From: the human T2T-CHM13v2.0 reference genome, Homo sapiens
Length of the DNA: 64,000 nt
NCBI RefSeq assembly: GCF_009914755.1
Contig: NC_060932.1
Reading direction: 5' to 3' (one strand)
Shown here: one piece after another, positions 21,387 through 39,846 of the stretch
How the letters are laid out: each line of letters opens with the position of its first letter
How positions within the stretch are numbered: position 1 is the stretch's first letter
Notes under the pieces: model-generated
Databases searched by the model: none
What the model saw: only the letters and a program-made list of their open reading frames with translations
What the model was told of the DNA's origin: nothing
Made by a program: the position numbers and the translations under genes

Positions 21387-21533
21387 ACTCAGGAAGTGGG
21401 GGTGGGAGATACTGTTTACTGACTGCATTCCTCATCACCCTCAGTTAATGTTTATTAGGTATACTCAAAGTACAGGGCAGTATTATGGCTTGAAAAAAGC
21501 ATAATGAACTTAATAAGTTAAAAATAACCTTGA

Positions 21534-21832
21534 GGCTGAGCGTGGTGGCTCTCGCCTGTAATCTCAACACTTTGGGAGGCTGAGGTGGGCAGATTGCTTG
21601 AGCCCGGGGTTCAGAACCAGCCTGAGCAACATGGCAAAACCTGATCTCTACCAAAAATACAAAAATGTAGCTGAGTGTGGTGGTGCATGCCAATAGTCCC
21701 AGCTACTCTGGAGGCTGATGGCAGTTGGATGGATTGAGCCTAGGAGATTGAGGCTGCAGTGAGCCAAGATCGTGCCACTGCACCCCAGCCTGCGTGACAG
21801 AGTAAGACCCTGTCTCAAAAAAAAAAAAAAAA
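21534..21832 (+). mobile_element. AluJ
   Basis: Full dimer with J-type gcttgagccc and gaggctgcagtgagc, A-tail and degenerate TSD. Confidence 0.92.
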
Positions 21833-21878
21833 GAATTACCGTGACTCCTGTCTAGTTAGATCCTCAATGCAACTTTGA

Positions 21879-22203
<325 letters not shown>

Positions 22204-22764
22204 GAACTTTTCCAAATACAAAAGTGAGAAAGGAAACTTAATATTCTGACTCACTGAATTCTTCCAGCGGAAAACCTCCACTCTATAGAGACCCTGAAAT
22301 TAGTAAGGATGTTCATTAAAGCCATTGTGTTTTTTTAGCGTCATGCACTGCACTGCCCAAGAGCCAGAGGACACCCTGCTCACCTGGTCCAGGCCTGGCT
22401 GTGGTACCCCTGCCCACCATGGCTGAGTGGGAGGGCGAGCTGTCATTGAGCAGTGCAAACTACTCCCCTGGCTCAGAGCCTGTACCCACACCATCCTCTC
22501 ACGCCTGGGCCAGGCAACCTTTGCTGACTTAGCTTCCACAGAACATTTGTTTTCTGCTTTGTAGTGTACTGCCTCCACAGAAATGAATGGAGAATTGAAC
22601 AGCTGGAGAAAGTTTTTCACCATCCAGATTTCACCAGTGCATCTCATTTATCTGGCTGTAATGATCGATCACCTGGCCCCAGTAAAGCATTTGTATGATC
22701 AAGTAACACTTTTCTTGAAAATGGAGTCCTAAAGTTTGCTGTGTTGTCAGTTAAAAGAACTGTG

Positions 22765-23252
<488 letters not shown>

Positions 23253-23296
23253 ACTGTGGAAGAACTATAACCAAGCATCAAAAAACAGATTGCCCT

Positions 23297-23468
23297 GGCC
23301 AGGCGCAGTGGCACCTGTAGTCCCATCTATCAGGAGGCTGAGGTCAGAGAATCACTTGAAGCAAGAGTTTGAGTCTGTGGTATGCTATGATCATGCCTAT
23401 GAATAGGCAGTGCACTCCAGCTGGGGCAACATAGCAAGACCCTGTCTCTAAAAAAAAAATTAAAAAAG
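23297..23468 (+). mobile_element. FAM (fossil Alu monomer)
   Basis: Monomer retaining the 7SL-like gcctatgaataggcagtgcactccagc segment. TSD aacagattRccct. Confidence 0.82.
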
Positions 23469-23697
23469 AACAGATTACCCTAAGAAGAGGATATTTGGGT
23501 GAAGGTGCTTCTGACCTCTGGGAGGAAGGAGAAAGCTGACATGCTTACCTGCTTCCCAGTGGGTGAAAATTGGGCAGACATACATGTTGGCTTTCTGTGT
23601 AGCCTTGGATAAGGAGACCCACCCACAAAGGTAACTATTTCCTTATATGTAGAGAACTTTAGTCAGAAAAGCTTTGCAGTAATTTGTGAATGCTATA

Positions 23698-24553
<856 letters not shown>

Positions 24554-24799
24554 GAGATTGTCTAAAATTGCAGCTATTTGGAAACATTTACTAGTGACAG
24601 AACAGTAAGATAATCATGCCTGTCGTGAGAGTACTGTTCCTTCTGAGGGTATTGATTACCAAATCTCAACCAGGAGCCTTGGCAGGAGGGTGAGGGGTCC
24701 TGGAATTGACAGACATTCACCATTGTCTTCGTAGACTCAAATAGTATGTCCAACACAAATATATTCTACTTTTGGAAAGCACATAGATGTGATTTTTTA

Positions 24800-26000
<1,201 letters not shown>

Positions 26001-26029
26001 TACAAGAAGATGAAGGAAATACAAGTGCA

Positions 26030-26165
26030 ATTTATTTATTTATTTAAAAAAGAGACAGGGTCTCACTATTGCCCAGGCTGGTCTCAGACTCCTGAACTCA
26101 GGTGATTCCCTTCCCTCAGCCTCCCAAAGTGCTGGGATTACAGGCGTGAGCCACCATACCCGGCC
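26030..26165 (-). mobile_element. FLAM_C / Alu left monomer
   Basis: Left arm only, with TSD caaRtgcaWttt. Confidence 0.88.
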
Positions 26166-27387
26166 CAAATGCATTTTATTGCATAGAGTTGATACTAGCA
26201 TTGGTAGTCATGGCCAGATAGAGGCTTTAGAAGTATGAATGCTCGGTTGTGGAATGTTTGATATGTACCTCTTGCTACTGGGAGAGCTTCTATAGCCCCA
26301 GGAAAAGATCCTTTTCTCAAAACTGTTCTATAGATAGACTTTATTTAGTTGTTTACTAATTTGCTATTTCTTTCCTGTCGCTCATTTTTCAGTATCACTG
26401 GTATCCTATCTCCATAGACAATACTTTTATCATTTACTGCCTTCCTGAAGTATTTCTGGAGGAGATAGTGTGAGAATTTCTGTCAGCCTCAGTAACTCCC
26501 TGTGCCATTCCAGATCCCTGGTGGGCCTCACTTTTCCTTTATCTCCTCTCCAGGCTTCTTAACTACATGCCAGCATTATCACATACTCTAAATCATTTCA
26601 GGATATCATCGGCATGAACGGTTCCTATTCAAAATAAGGCTCTCTGAATGATTTACCATTCTTTTTATGAGTCTCTGGTGCCTAGATACCATGGTTTCTG
26701 TGATCTGTGATGATGGTATTGAAAGAATGTGCATTCTCAAATACTTCTTAAAATATTGTTTGGCTAGATAGGAACTAGGTATTTTAACTACCAATTGTCA
26801 AATAGTAAAAGCTTTCTTTTAGCCTCAGAATTTCTGTTTTTATAAAAGTTTGGTATGCTAGCTAAGGAGTGTTCTAGTTATGGTTGTCTTTGGTGAAATG
26901 ACACTAACAGTACATGGGAGGGAAGGTGGAATCGTCCACGTGTGCTCCTTTGTTGTATGTGTGGCTCCCATGGAGAAGTTCTGTAGTTCTTCACACATTA
27001 TAAAAAGTGTTTTGTTGCATAAGTCATAACAATGAATATATATTAAAATACCTCAGTGCAGCAAATTAATTAAGTCTGCTCTCTAGGGATTTCTAGACTA
27101 GGTAAGTGAAATGGTTCACTCCTTATTTCACTTGTCTCTCAGAGAGATACATTATTTCTGGACAAAAGTGGACACAAAATTGTTGGATTTGTTCATGATT
27201 TTGTTTTTGACTTTTAGTTGTAGTTGTTGATTTATCTAGGGAAGAGTGTATGGCGTTCCTTTACCCTATAACTTCACTTCCACGTATCAAATATTAGATG
27301 TGGAATCTTCATATTCGACTACATATTGAATGTTTCAGGCCCAGTGATGAATCTTTTCTATCCAACTTAAACAGAAGGAGATTTATT

Positions 27388-27663
27388 GGCCAGGTGCAGT
27401 GGCTCGCGCCTGTTATCCCAGCACTCTGGGAGGCCGAGGCGGGTGGGTCACTTGAGGTCAGGAGTTCAAGACCAGCCAGGCAAACATGGTGAAACCCCAT
27501 CTCTACTAAAAATACAAAAATTAGCCGGGCTTGATGTTGCACATCTGTAGTCCCAGCTACACGGGAGGCCGAGGCAGGAGAATCGCTTGAACCCGGAGGC
27601 AGAGGTTGTAGTAAGCCGAGATCGCACCATTGCACTCCAGCCTGGGTGACAAAAAAAAAAAAA
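27388..27663 (+). mobile_element. AluSx-like lacking the last ~18 nt before the A-tail
   Basis: gggtgac is directly followed by A13. TSD gagatttatt at 27378 and 27666. Confidence 0.93.
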
Positions 27664-28378
27664 GAGAGATTTATTAATGGATTTTAAGTGGCTTTTAAGC
27701 AATACTGCCATGGAAGCTGCTGCCTCTTCTATTAGTACAACCAGAAATATGGCAAGTCAGCTCACGTGCATCCCCAGAGCCACAGCCGACAGCAGGGAAC
27801 TGCATGACCCCCAGAGCTGTTGCCTTCCAGCTTTCGAACCACTTAGTGTGGGCTGCAAGCTGAATCAACACACTGGATGCCCCATTCCTGCCATTTAATG
27901 CTGCAGAGCTATTGGCCAACACCCTGAGATCTTTTGTTAATGTTATGCCTGCTGGCAGAAGTAGCACAGTTAGGCCCTCTGCTCTGATTGACAGGTCCCA
28001 AGTCACAGGGGAACCTGAGTTGGGTAGAGTTTGCTGACCGGCCTCTGGAGTTAGGAAGGCCCATAGAAGGCGATTGGACTCCTTCGTACCCACCAAAAGA
28101 GTTAGAAAGAACTCTTAGGAAGAGAGAAGTAAAAACATATGATCAAAGCAGACAATAACAACAAAGTCCCACAGTCCTAAAATTTCATTTTAGAATGCCA
28201 TTAGCTGTAGAATGTAGCATATAAAAAGAGAGAGGGTGGCGTGAGGAAAAAATGTTTTGTCCTTTAACTTAATGTTCTATCTTTCTAAAAGAATTCAAAG
28301 TCCAAATATTTTTATATGTATTACTTGGTAGTAAGTATGAAAAGTATAAAATTTTATGCTATGGACTACAACCATTGA

Positions 28379-28714
<336 letters not shown>

Positions 28715-28861
28715 TGAGCTGTGATTTTTAAAAGGAAATTTTTAATTAGATGCTGAAAAAGGGTATGCATATTTGAGGTACACTTTAAAATGTTTTTAAA
28801 TAAGCAAATGTTAATGCAAATAGATATTGCAAACACTAAGAAATTAAATAAGACTAGGTAA

Positions 28862-29027
28862 TTTTTAATTTAATTTTATTTAGAGACAGGATCTCACTGT
28901 CACGCAGACTGGAGTGCAGTGACATGATCATAGCTTACGGCACCCTCCAACCCCTGTCCTCAAGCCATACTCCAGCCTTGGCCTCCCAAAGCACTGGTGA
29001 TACAGGTGTGAGCCACTGTGCCCAGCC
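28862..29027 (-). mobile_element. AluJ-type monomer
   Basis: Single arm with left-arm-type 5' end and right-arm-type 3' end. TSD agacta..aattt. Confidence 0.85.
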
Positions 29028-29844
29028 AGACTAATCAATTTTGACTTTTCTCTGTACTACTTGCTATATCCAAGCATGAACTTGTGTTATTTTTGAATAT
29101 TTTTTATTTCTGTGATGTAAGATTTGTTATAGATTCATTCCTGCTTTATATCTCAAGCAAGATTCAATTCGATGCATTTACTTAGTAGAGTGCCTACTAT
29201 AGATGAGACGTTTTAAAACAGTATGGCCATTACAAATATATGTTTAATGATAGTGAGTAGTAAGTGCTTAAAGTAATAATGCTAAGCTTTAACAGTTCTT
29301 GAAATTTAAGTAAAAGGTAGTGGTACTAACACAAGCATGAAGGAATGCCACATGTGGCTGGAGTGCTGCTGGGCTCCCCTGCAGCCTCTCAAGGGAGGAG
29401 GATGAACACTCAAGGGATGGACCAACTGAAGCAGGGAAACTTGGCCACTTACTGCCTGACATAGAAGCCCAGCTGACTGCTGCATCTTACCCAGCCCACC
29501 ATGTGTAAGAACTGGTTGAGACGACATTGAATTCCCTAAACTTCTGGGTGCTCAGTGGTGAACTGAGATGGAATACCTGCCAGCAGCTGGGCAGAGGAAA
29601 GAAAGCCAGCACTCTGGGAAGGTAGGCTTCACCTACTTACATCCTAATGGGGACTCACAGTGGCAGCAGAGCTGTGCAGAGCCTCGGGCCCTGGCATGGT
29701 ATTCCAGCCAGAGTGGACTCTGCGCACGTGTGGGAGCAGCCCTGGCATTCAAGGATTTGCATTGAAGGCCTTGGTTGAGGATGCTGTGAAGGTGGCCACT
29801 GTGTGTATGGAGCAGTGACTTTATGGGTCAAGAATTCGACATGT

Positions 29845-30159
<315 letters not shown>

Positions 30160-30338
30160 CTATGTGAGGCCAGTGAGTGAACCCGCACTCTGAGGCTCAG
30201 CATTTATAGGTCAAGACAGCCCGCTGACTTCTTTGGGACCTGTCATAAACTCTTCTAAAGTGTTAATGTTTTTCGTATGCAAGAAAGCTCACCAATAAAA
30301 GAGGAAACTTTAGGGAAGGTTGAAAAGCAACTGTGGAC

Positions 30339-30605
30339 TGGCCACGGTGATTTATCCCTTTAATCCCGGCACTTTGGGAGGCAGGAGGATTGCTTGAAGC
30401 CAGGAGTCTGAGACCAGCCTGGGCAACAAAGTGAGACCCCGTCTCTACTAAAAATTTAAAAATTAGCTGGGCATGATGGTGCACGCCTGTAGTCTTAGCT
30501 ACTTGAGAGGCTGAGGCAAGAGGATCGTTTGAGGCCAGGAGCTCAAGGCTGCAGTGAGCCATGATGGCAGCAGAGTGAGACCCTGTCTCTAAATAAATAA
30601 ATAAA
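30339..30605 (+). mobile_element. AluJ with internal deletions
   Basis: Dimer with (AAAT)n tail. Confidence 0.88.
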
Positions 30606-31036
30606 TGGAAAAACAATGGGATTTGATAGAAGGCAGGAACATGTACAAATATTGCAAATTTTTGCAAATTTGGGAAATTATGAAGATCTTAATCATACAT
30701 ATGGATTCTAGCATATGGACTGTTATTGATTGAATCTGGATTATTTTAGTTGGTTCTACTTTGTTCTACTGCATTGAAAATCATTGTTAGTATATTTAGT
30801 CTTCTCAGCTAACATCTTATACCTAGATAACTGTTGAGGTTTATAAAGGCCTTAAAACATGAATAATACTTACACAACTGTGGGATGCTTTTTTTTTAAC
30901 TGAATGTATTGTAAGTCAAATTCAGTCCATATCTAAAGTCTGAAAATTTTAATATTCAGATGACTAATAGATATAACTCTTTACCTTCTAGTCTGCATTC
31001 TGTAGTATTTGCCATACTTCTATAACTGCAACTTCT

Positions 31037-31365
<329 letters not shown>

Positions 31366-32119
31366 GCAACTTCTATTTTAGAGAAAGCTGCAACTCAATA
31401 ATTAGTGGAATATTTCCTATGTATATTATATACACAAAAAAGCATTTGCCATGAAAAACCTAAACTGTGTATTCAAAAGCTTTAATATAAACAGTATTAT
31501 TCAAAATGGAAAGACTTTCATTCCTGCCCTCATGAAATAGAAATTCAGCTATATTTGATCATGACTGTAGAATATTACTAGAGATTGGGTTTTTTATGTT
31601 ATGTTTTGTTCAAGTAGATACACCTTTTTGAGGTCATTCATATAGTTAGTGACATGTAAATGCTTTTTAACTACACTGTTTAAACAGTATCAACAGAGGC
31701 TTCGAGTGTGATGTTTACATTTCTGGAACTTACGGGCTGTACCCTCAGTCTGTCCTGGAACCTCTGCATTCCACCCTCAGTCTATCCTGGCTGCTGTGAA
31801 GATGGAGTGCTGGTGGCTGGTCGTTAGCAGTCACTCCACCTCACACCCAAGTTTAGCCACATGGCCAAGCCAGTCCTGTGGTGTTTATCAAGGAAGAAGG
31901 GCCCTGGAGATTGCAGGCTCCACTTTCTGCCTCCCCAGCCATCCCTTTACTTGCATACCTGGCAGGAAGGGTTAGGTAGGACAGCCAAGCACAGCATAAA
32001 TCTGAACGGAAGCTGATGTCAGGTCTCTCTCCTTCTTAGCTGTGCCCCACAGCTGTGCCCCACTATCACGCAAGTTGTTTCATGTGGCACATTCTGTGAT
32101 GATGACGTAATCGTGTTAC

Positions 32120-33200
32120 CTTCATTTACTGAGTGCTTGCTAGGCATTACAAAATTATGAAGCACCTCCTCGTGTTGGGTTTAGGAATATAGAGCAATGA
32201 ACAAAACAGACAAGGGGCCGGCTCTCCAGAATAAAGTAAATAAGATCATTTTCAATTGGTTTGTAGCCAGGTAACCTTGGACAAATTACCTTATACTTTA
32301 CTTTTCTCATTTGTAAAATGGAGGTTATGATGGTATCTCCTTATGTGATTGATATATTAATGAGATAATACTCAAAAAGCACTTAGAACAGGTCCTAGTA
32401 CATGGTGAATGCTAAGTGCTCAAAAAGCACTCCCAATTATTATGAGACATAATACTGTGTGCCATGATATGGAGTAACCTGGATAGGAGCATCAAGGTCA
32501 CCTTGGAATGAGCAGTGAGGGGAAGCTGAAGAGGGAGAGCTTCAAGGTGAAACCTAACGGATGAAGTGGAGTCAGCCACGAAAAGCTCCAGGAGACACAC
32601 TTTCCATGCAAAGACACCAGCTATTGCAAAGAAAAGGATGGACTTGCTGTGTTCTAGGAGCAGAAGAGAGGCCAGTGTACCTGGGATGTAGAGATGTACC
32701 CAGGGGCTGAGACAGATGATTAGCACACAGAAGAGCCAGGTGCCAGAAGTTTAGACTTCATTCCAAGGACAGTGAGAAGCCTTTAAGGTTTTCAGCATGA
32801 GATACATGTGATCCAATCTGTGCTTTGAAAAGATCACTCCAGCTGCTCCAGATCAAATGGAATGTGGAGGTACAAGAATAGGAACAGGAAACAAGTTAGG
32901 CTATTTCAAAAATCCAGCCAGGTCAGACTGACGACCTGGACCAGAGTGCTTATGGTGAAAAGCAGAAAGGCTCAGGGTCTGTTTTAGAGATATGGTTTAC
33001 AGTAACAGCTAAAAATCAGATGTGGGATGATAGGAAGTGGGGGCTCAAGGATGACTGTGAGGTTGTTGGACTGGTGGTGGTGTGGTCATTGAGGTGAGGG
33101 GTGACTGGGGGAGGCCAGAATTCTAGTGATGGCCTTGTTGAGGTGGAGACCTCTAAGACACCAAGCTGAAGGAGTCAAATTGGATATGCGCTTACCGTGG
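32120..33200 (-). mobile_element. L2 fragment with nested MIR (about 32262-32420, + strand)
   Basis: catttactgagtgcttgctaggca and tgctttgaaaagatcactcc. MIR core taaccttggacaaattac...ttctcatttgtaaaatggag. Confidence 0.75.
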
Positions 33201-33369
33201 AGGAGAGAGGTAAGCACGTGAAGGCCAGGCACTGGACCCGGGAAGGAATTATCTTCTCTAGTCTTTATAAAAACACTGTAAGATAAATAACATCTAGCTA
33301 TGGGAAACAGAAATTAATGAAAGCCACTTTCTAAGGTTAATTTTAAGTTAAAGGATTTTTTTCACCTTA

Positions 33370-34545
33370 AAGTAGTAGATAAACCAGTGGAATAGAGAGT
33401 CCCAAATATATACAGGAACTTAGTTAATAATACATTTCAAATCAATAGGGAAAGATGAACCATTCAATAAATGGGTAAGGACAGTAGGTTAGCCATCTGG
33501 AAAAAGAAATGAATTCGATTTACACTTTAATCTTACACCAAGATAGGTTACAAATGAATCAAAGATTTAAAAACTGAAATCGTAAAAGTTCTAGAAGAAA
33601 TAGTGGGAGAAGTATCTTGAGGTGGAAGTTTTTTCTTGATTTTTCAAGATTTTTCTTGATTCAACATCCATGGATCCAAAAGAAAAAATTAAGCCTACAT
33701 GACAAAATTAAAAGTTAAATGGCAAATTGAGAATATATATGTATGATTTGTATTACAAAGAGCCACTCTTTCTAGTACATGAGGTACTCATAGAAATTAG
33801 TAGGGAAGACTGACAACTCAGTATAAAAATGGGCAAAGGGTATGAATACACAGTTCATAAAAGGAAAAGATGCTCAATGTCTCATGATAAAAAATATGAA
33901 TTAAAATAACACTATTATTTTTCCCCTACCAATTTTGCAGAAATCTAAAATTTTAGTAACTTTTGTTTGGTGAGGCTGAGGGGCAATAAACACTCTTCCT
34001 TTGGTGGAGGGAGAGTACATTGTCACCACTCCAGAGAGAGCACCTTGGCATGTGTATATACAGATGTGTGTGTGTGAATTTTAAACAGGTCAGCTCTTTG
34101 ACCCAGCACTTCTACTTCTTGGAATTTATCCAACAGATATACTTGTGTATATATGAAATACAAGCTTATTCCTTGCCCCATTCTTTGTGATAGCAAGTGG
34201 AAATGGCCTGAAGGTCAGCATTAGGAAATTAAAAATTATGGCACGTGCTCATAGTAGAATACTATGCAGCTCTCTATATGGCTACAAGAAGAATGAGGAA
34301 ACAATGAACTGTCACAGAAAAATCTATGACATTGGTTACATTGAAGGAATGGTGGGATGCTTGAAATGGGCTATATTCCTTGAATATATAGAGAGAAACT
34401 TTTGAAGCATATGTGAGAAACAAGTAACAGTGATTATCTGTGAGGGGTAGCTGGGAACTAGAGGATGGAGGACGGGAGCTGGACAGAGGGAAATTTGTCA
34501 CCATATACCTTTAAATTTTGAATTATATATATTATTCAGAAAAAT
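33370..34545 (+). mobile_element. L1ME-like ORF2 end and 3'UTR
   Basis: Degenerate L1 text (cattcaataaatgg; aaaaatgggcaaagggtatgaata; tttgacccagca). Confidence 0.75.
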
Positions 34546-34983
34546 GAAAGGACTTTATATATAGTTATTTATCTTGAAATGTTTAGACGTTATATATATT
34601 TTGGAAAGCAGTATATACAGCAATAATGTTATACTCTTTGACCCAATACTCCCTAGAAATTTAATTCATGAAAACTAAACAAAAACTACACATAAACGCT
34701 GTTCTTCTTCATGGTAGCAATACCTATAATAATGGGGAAAATAGAAGCAACCTAAATGTCAGTGTGGGGGATTATTTAGTTGAATAATATGACATACAGC
34801 TTGATATAATGTTAAGCAACTGTGTAATATAATTAAGAAGACCATGCTGAAACATTTATCCATTCAACAAATATTTATTGTGTGCCTACTGTGTTTCAAG
34901 CATTGTTCTAGGTGTTAGGGATACAGCAAGAAATAAGGGCCAAAATAAATAAATAAATCCATACACCATTGGAACTGCCATTA

Positions 34984-35313
<330 letters not shown>

Positions 35314-35379
<66 letters not shown>

Positions 35380-35412
35380 GAGGGAGAGAGGGAGAGAGAG
35401 AGAGAGAGAGAA
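35314..35412 (+). repeat. (GA)n microsatellite / polypurine tract
   Basis: About 99 bp of purines only. Confidence 0.97.
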
Positions 35413-36199
35413 ATGATGGTTACAACTTCAAATAAAGCAAGATAAGGGACAGTGAAGGTGGAGGGCTGCTATTTTTACATAAGACTCAAGGAAAGTCTCA
35501 CTGACAAGTTAATACTTGAATGGAGATGGGTGAGTAAGTCATGTAAATGTGTAGGGAGAGCATCTCAGCAGGGAGATCTGGTACTTGAGGATGCAAGAAG
35601 GGATCTGTTTGGCATGTTTGTGGAATGACAAGGAGGCCAGTGTTTCTGTGCATCACATACATGAAGGTCAGAGAGGTAGAAAGGGTAGGGTTGGGACTCT
35701 GATCGTGAGGAGGTCTAGAAAGCCATGATAATAAGGCCTTTGGATTTTATTCCACGTGTGATACAAAGCCATTAGAAAATCTGGAACCCCTGTAGAAGTG
35801 ATTCTAAATGACTGTGTGAGAAGCAAGAGAGTCTGAGTCCTCCATTAGGGCAAGCTGGTGGATAAAGACATGGTGCAGAACTGGAGATATCCAAGAGGTA
35901 GAAAGTTAATTCAACTTAGCACTCTGAATGATTGGATGTGGGAGGTGGAGAAAAGGGAGGGATCCAGAAGGATTCTAAGGTTTGGGCAACAAGATGAATG
36001 GTGATACCATTAAACGAGACAGAAAATTCAGGAGGGAGAACAGAGTTGGAGAGAGCTGAGATGATGGTTTTAAACATGTTGAGTTTGTTGAGGGACCTGT
36101 GAGTCACAAATACCAAAAGGGAGAAAAGTAAAATGAACCCTGTCATGTTTGATCAGAATTAGGGTAGTATAAACTCGTACTTTTCAAGATGGATGGGTG

Positions 36200-37495
36200 A
36201 ATGAACAGAAGTCAGTGTCTGTTTGTGTGAGAGGGTGTATGTGTGCACACACTTCCCAGCTCTACTAAGAGGCTCTGGGACAGTGATACGTCAGTAGCAA
36301 TGAGCACACCTAGTGCCAGATAGTAGCTTCTAAATACCTGAAGGGAATTGGCAAAGTGACTGATTCCAAGTTTGGATGAGATAAAATACAAGATGAGCCT
36401 TGAAATCTTGTTATGTTAGAAAGTAAGAATGTTCTCAAAGAATGATGGGGACATCAAAAAGAAAAAGGACACCGAAGCTAGCTTGAAAGAGTCCCCAACT
36501 AGCCAAATCTGGGGCAATTCATGCATCAAAATAAGGGATAGTTATAGATTATAAACCATTCAGTAAGACTCGATGAAAACAAATGAAAAATAATTTAAGA
36601 AAATGAATGAATTGGAAATTTGATAAGGAATAGGATATTAGACGGTTTCACAGTATCTCCTACACAATGTTTTTTAACTTCAAAAGGAAAAAGAGTAACT
36701 TATAGTTGAGAAGCCTGACGGACATCACCTTAAGTTTTAAAAAGTCAGCGTCATCAGTATTGGGACAAATTAAAATAATGTAATTATTTTAATACACAGA
36801 ATGTAATTAGAAGCCGGCCCAGGATGCACACCTATAGTCCCAGCCACTCAGGACGCTGAGGTGAGAGGATCACTGGAGCCCAGGAGTTTGAGGTTGTAGT
36901 GCACAATGATCATTCCTGTGAATACCCACTATACTCTAGCCTAGGCAGCATAGAAAGAGCCTGTCAAGAAAAAGTGGGAAGAATGCAAAAAAAAAAAAGC
37001 ACACAGCATCACTTCTGTGTTATTTTTACCAATGATAGATCAACTGAATCTCACAATGAGAAGAAATCAGACAAACCCAAAATGAGGGTTCATGCTGTAC
37101 AGAATACCTGAACTGTTTCCTTCCAAAATGTCAGGGTTATGAAAGTCAAGGAAAGACTGAGGAACCATTCCAGACTGCAGAGTATTAAGAGACATGACAA
37201 CTAAATGCAGCCCGATTCTGAACTATCTCCTTTTGCTATACGGGACATTACCAGGGCAATGGGTGAAACATGAGTGAGTAGGAAGATTAGGTGGAGGGAA
37301 GATCAGGGTTCATGTCCTCCTCTTATGGCTGTAGAGCGGCTATATGGGAAAAAGTCCTTATTTGTAGGAAAAACACACAAAAGTATTTGGGAATGAAGGG
37401 GTATCATGTCAAGAAGTTACCCTCAAATAATTCAGGGGAAAAAAACATGATTTTTACTGTATTTAGAACTTTTTAGTAAATTTGAGATTTAAAAC
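36200..37495 (+). mobile_element. L1MC-like 3'UTR
   Basis: atcagacaaacccaaaatgaggg; gaaagtcaaggaaagactgaggaac; gacatgacaactaaatgca. Confidence 0.75.
36813..36975 (+). mobile_element. FAM (fossil Alu monomer)
   Basis: Monomer with the 7SL-like cctgtgaatacccactatactctagcc segment. Confidence 0.8.
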
Positions 37496-37499
37496 TTTT

Positions 37500-39846
37500 T
37501 ACAGGGATGGTTTAACATATACAGGTCAATAAATATGATACATCACATTAACAAAATAAAAAAACAAAAATCATATGATCATTTTAATAGATGCAGAAAA
37601 AGCATTCAATAAAATCCAGCATCCCTTTATGATAAAAACTCTCCACAAACCTGGCATAGAAGGGACATACCTCACAGTAATAAAAACCGTATATGACGAA
37701 CCCACAGCCAACATCATACTGAATGGGGAAAAGCTGAAAGCATTCCCCTTGATAACTGGAACAAGACAAGGATGCCCACTGTCACCCTTCTATTCAACAT
37801 AGTACTGGGAGTGCTAGCCAGAACAATCAGGCTACAGAATTAAAGGGCACCCAGATTGGAAAAGAGGAAGTCAAACTGTTACTGTCTGCCACTGATATGA
37901 TTGTATACCTAGAAAACCCTAAAGACTCCTCCAAAAGACATCTAGATTTGATAAACAAATTCAGCAGAGTCTTAGAGTACAAAATCAATGTACAAAAATC
38001 AGTAGCACTGCTATACACCAACAATGACCAAGCGGGGAATCAAATCAAGAACCCAGTCTTTCTTAACAATAGCTGCAAAAATTAGAATAAAATACTTAGG
38101 AATATACTTAACCAAGGAGGTGAAAGATAAAGAGAACCGGAAAACACTGCTGGAAATGATCATAGATGACAGAAACAAATGTAAGCACGTCTCGTCTCAT
38201 CTCATGGATTGGAAGAATGACCATCATGAAAATGGTCGTGCTGCCCAAAGCAACCTACAGATTTAATGCAATTCCTATCAAAATACCAACATCATTTTTC
38301 ACAGAATTAGAAAAAACAGTCCTAAAATTCATAGGCACCAAAAAAGAGCCTGAATAGCCAAAGCAATAGTAAGCAAAAAGAATAAATCTGGAGGTGTCAC
38401 GTTTCCTGACTTCAAATTATACTATAAGGCTATAGTTACCAAAACAGCGTGGTGCTGATATAAAAGTAGATACACAGACCACTGGAAAAGAATAGCCCAA
38501 GAAATAAGGCCAAATACTTACAGTTAATAGGTCTTCAACAAAGCATATAAAAACATAGATTAGGGGAAGGACACCCTATTTAATCATTGGTGATGGGAAA
38601 ACTGAAAAGCCACATGGAGAGGAATGAAACTGGATCCTCATCTCTCACCTTATACAAAATAAACTCAAGATGGATCAAAGACTTAAATCTAAGACCTGAA
38701 ACCATAAAAATTCTAGAAGATAACCCAGGAAAAACTCTTCTGGACATCCCCTAAGCAAAAAATTCATGGCTAAGAACCCAAAAGCAATTACAACAAAGAC
38801 AAAAATAAATAAATGGGACCTAATTAAGAAGCTTCTGCACAGCAACAGAAATAATCATCAAACAGACAACTCACAGAATGAGAGAAAATATTTGTAAACT
38901 GTGCATCTGACAAAGGACTAATATCTAGAATCTACAAAGAACTCAAGCAAATCAGCAAGGAAAAAAGAGAAAGACAAGTAATCCCATCAAAAAGTAGGCA
39001 AATGACATGAATAGATATTTCTCAAAAGATGACTTACAAATGGCCAACAAACATGAAAAAATGCTCAACATCACTAATTATCAGGGAAATCCAAATTAAA
39101 ACCGCAGTGAGATAGCACCTTACCCCCTCAAGAATGGACATTATTTTGAAAGTTAAGAAACAATAGATACTGGAACGGACGTGGTGAAAGGGGAACGCTT
39201 ATACAGTACTGGTGGGAATGTAAATTAGTACAGGTCTATGGAAAACAGTATGGAGATTCCTTAAAGAGCTAAAAGTAGATCTGCCATTTGATTCAACATT
39301 TCCACTGCTGGGTATCTACCCAAAGGAAAGTAAATCATTATATAAAAAAAGACACCTATACACATATATTTATTGCAGCACAATTCACAATTACAAAGAT
39401 AGGGAACCAACCTAAGTGACCATCCATCACACAATGAGTAGATAAAGAAAAATCACTATACACACCATGGAATACTTCTCAGCCATAAAAAAAAGAACAA
39501 AATAATGGCTTTTGCAGCAGCTTGGATGGAGCTGGAGGCCATTATTCTAAATGAAGTAACTCAGGAATGGAAAACCAAATACTGTATGTTCTCACTTACA
39601 AATGGGAGCTAAGCTGCCAGCACACAGAGGCATACAAAGTGATATAATGCACTACAGAGACTTAGATGGGGGAGAGTGGGAGAGGGTGAAGAATAAAAGA
39701 CTACATATTGGGTACACTGTACACTACTCGGGTGATGGGTGCACTAAAACCTCAAAATCTCAGACTTCAACACTATACAATTCATCTGTGTAACCAAAAA
39801 TCGCTTGTACCCCCAAAAGCTATTGAAATTTTTAAAAAATAAATAA
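37500..39846 (+). mobile_element. 5'-truncated L1PB (L1PB2/3-like)
   Basis: RT fragments ([23 protein letters not shown]) and an L1PB-type 3'UTR ending aagctattgaaat plus A-tail. Confidence 0.9.
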
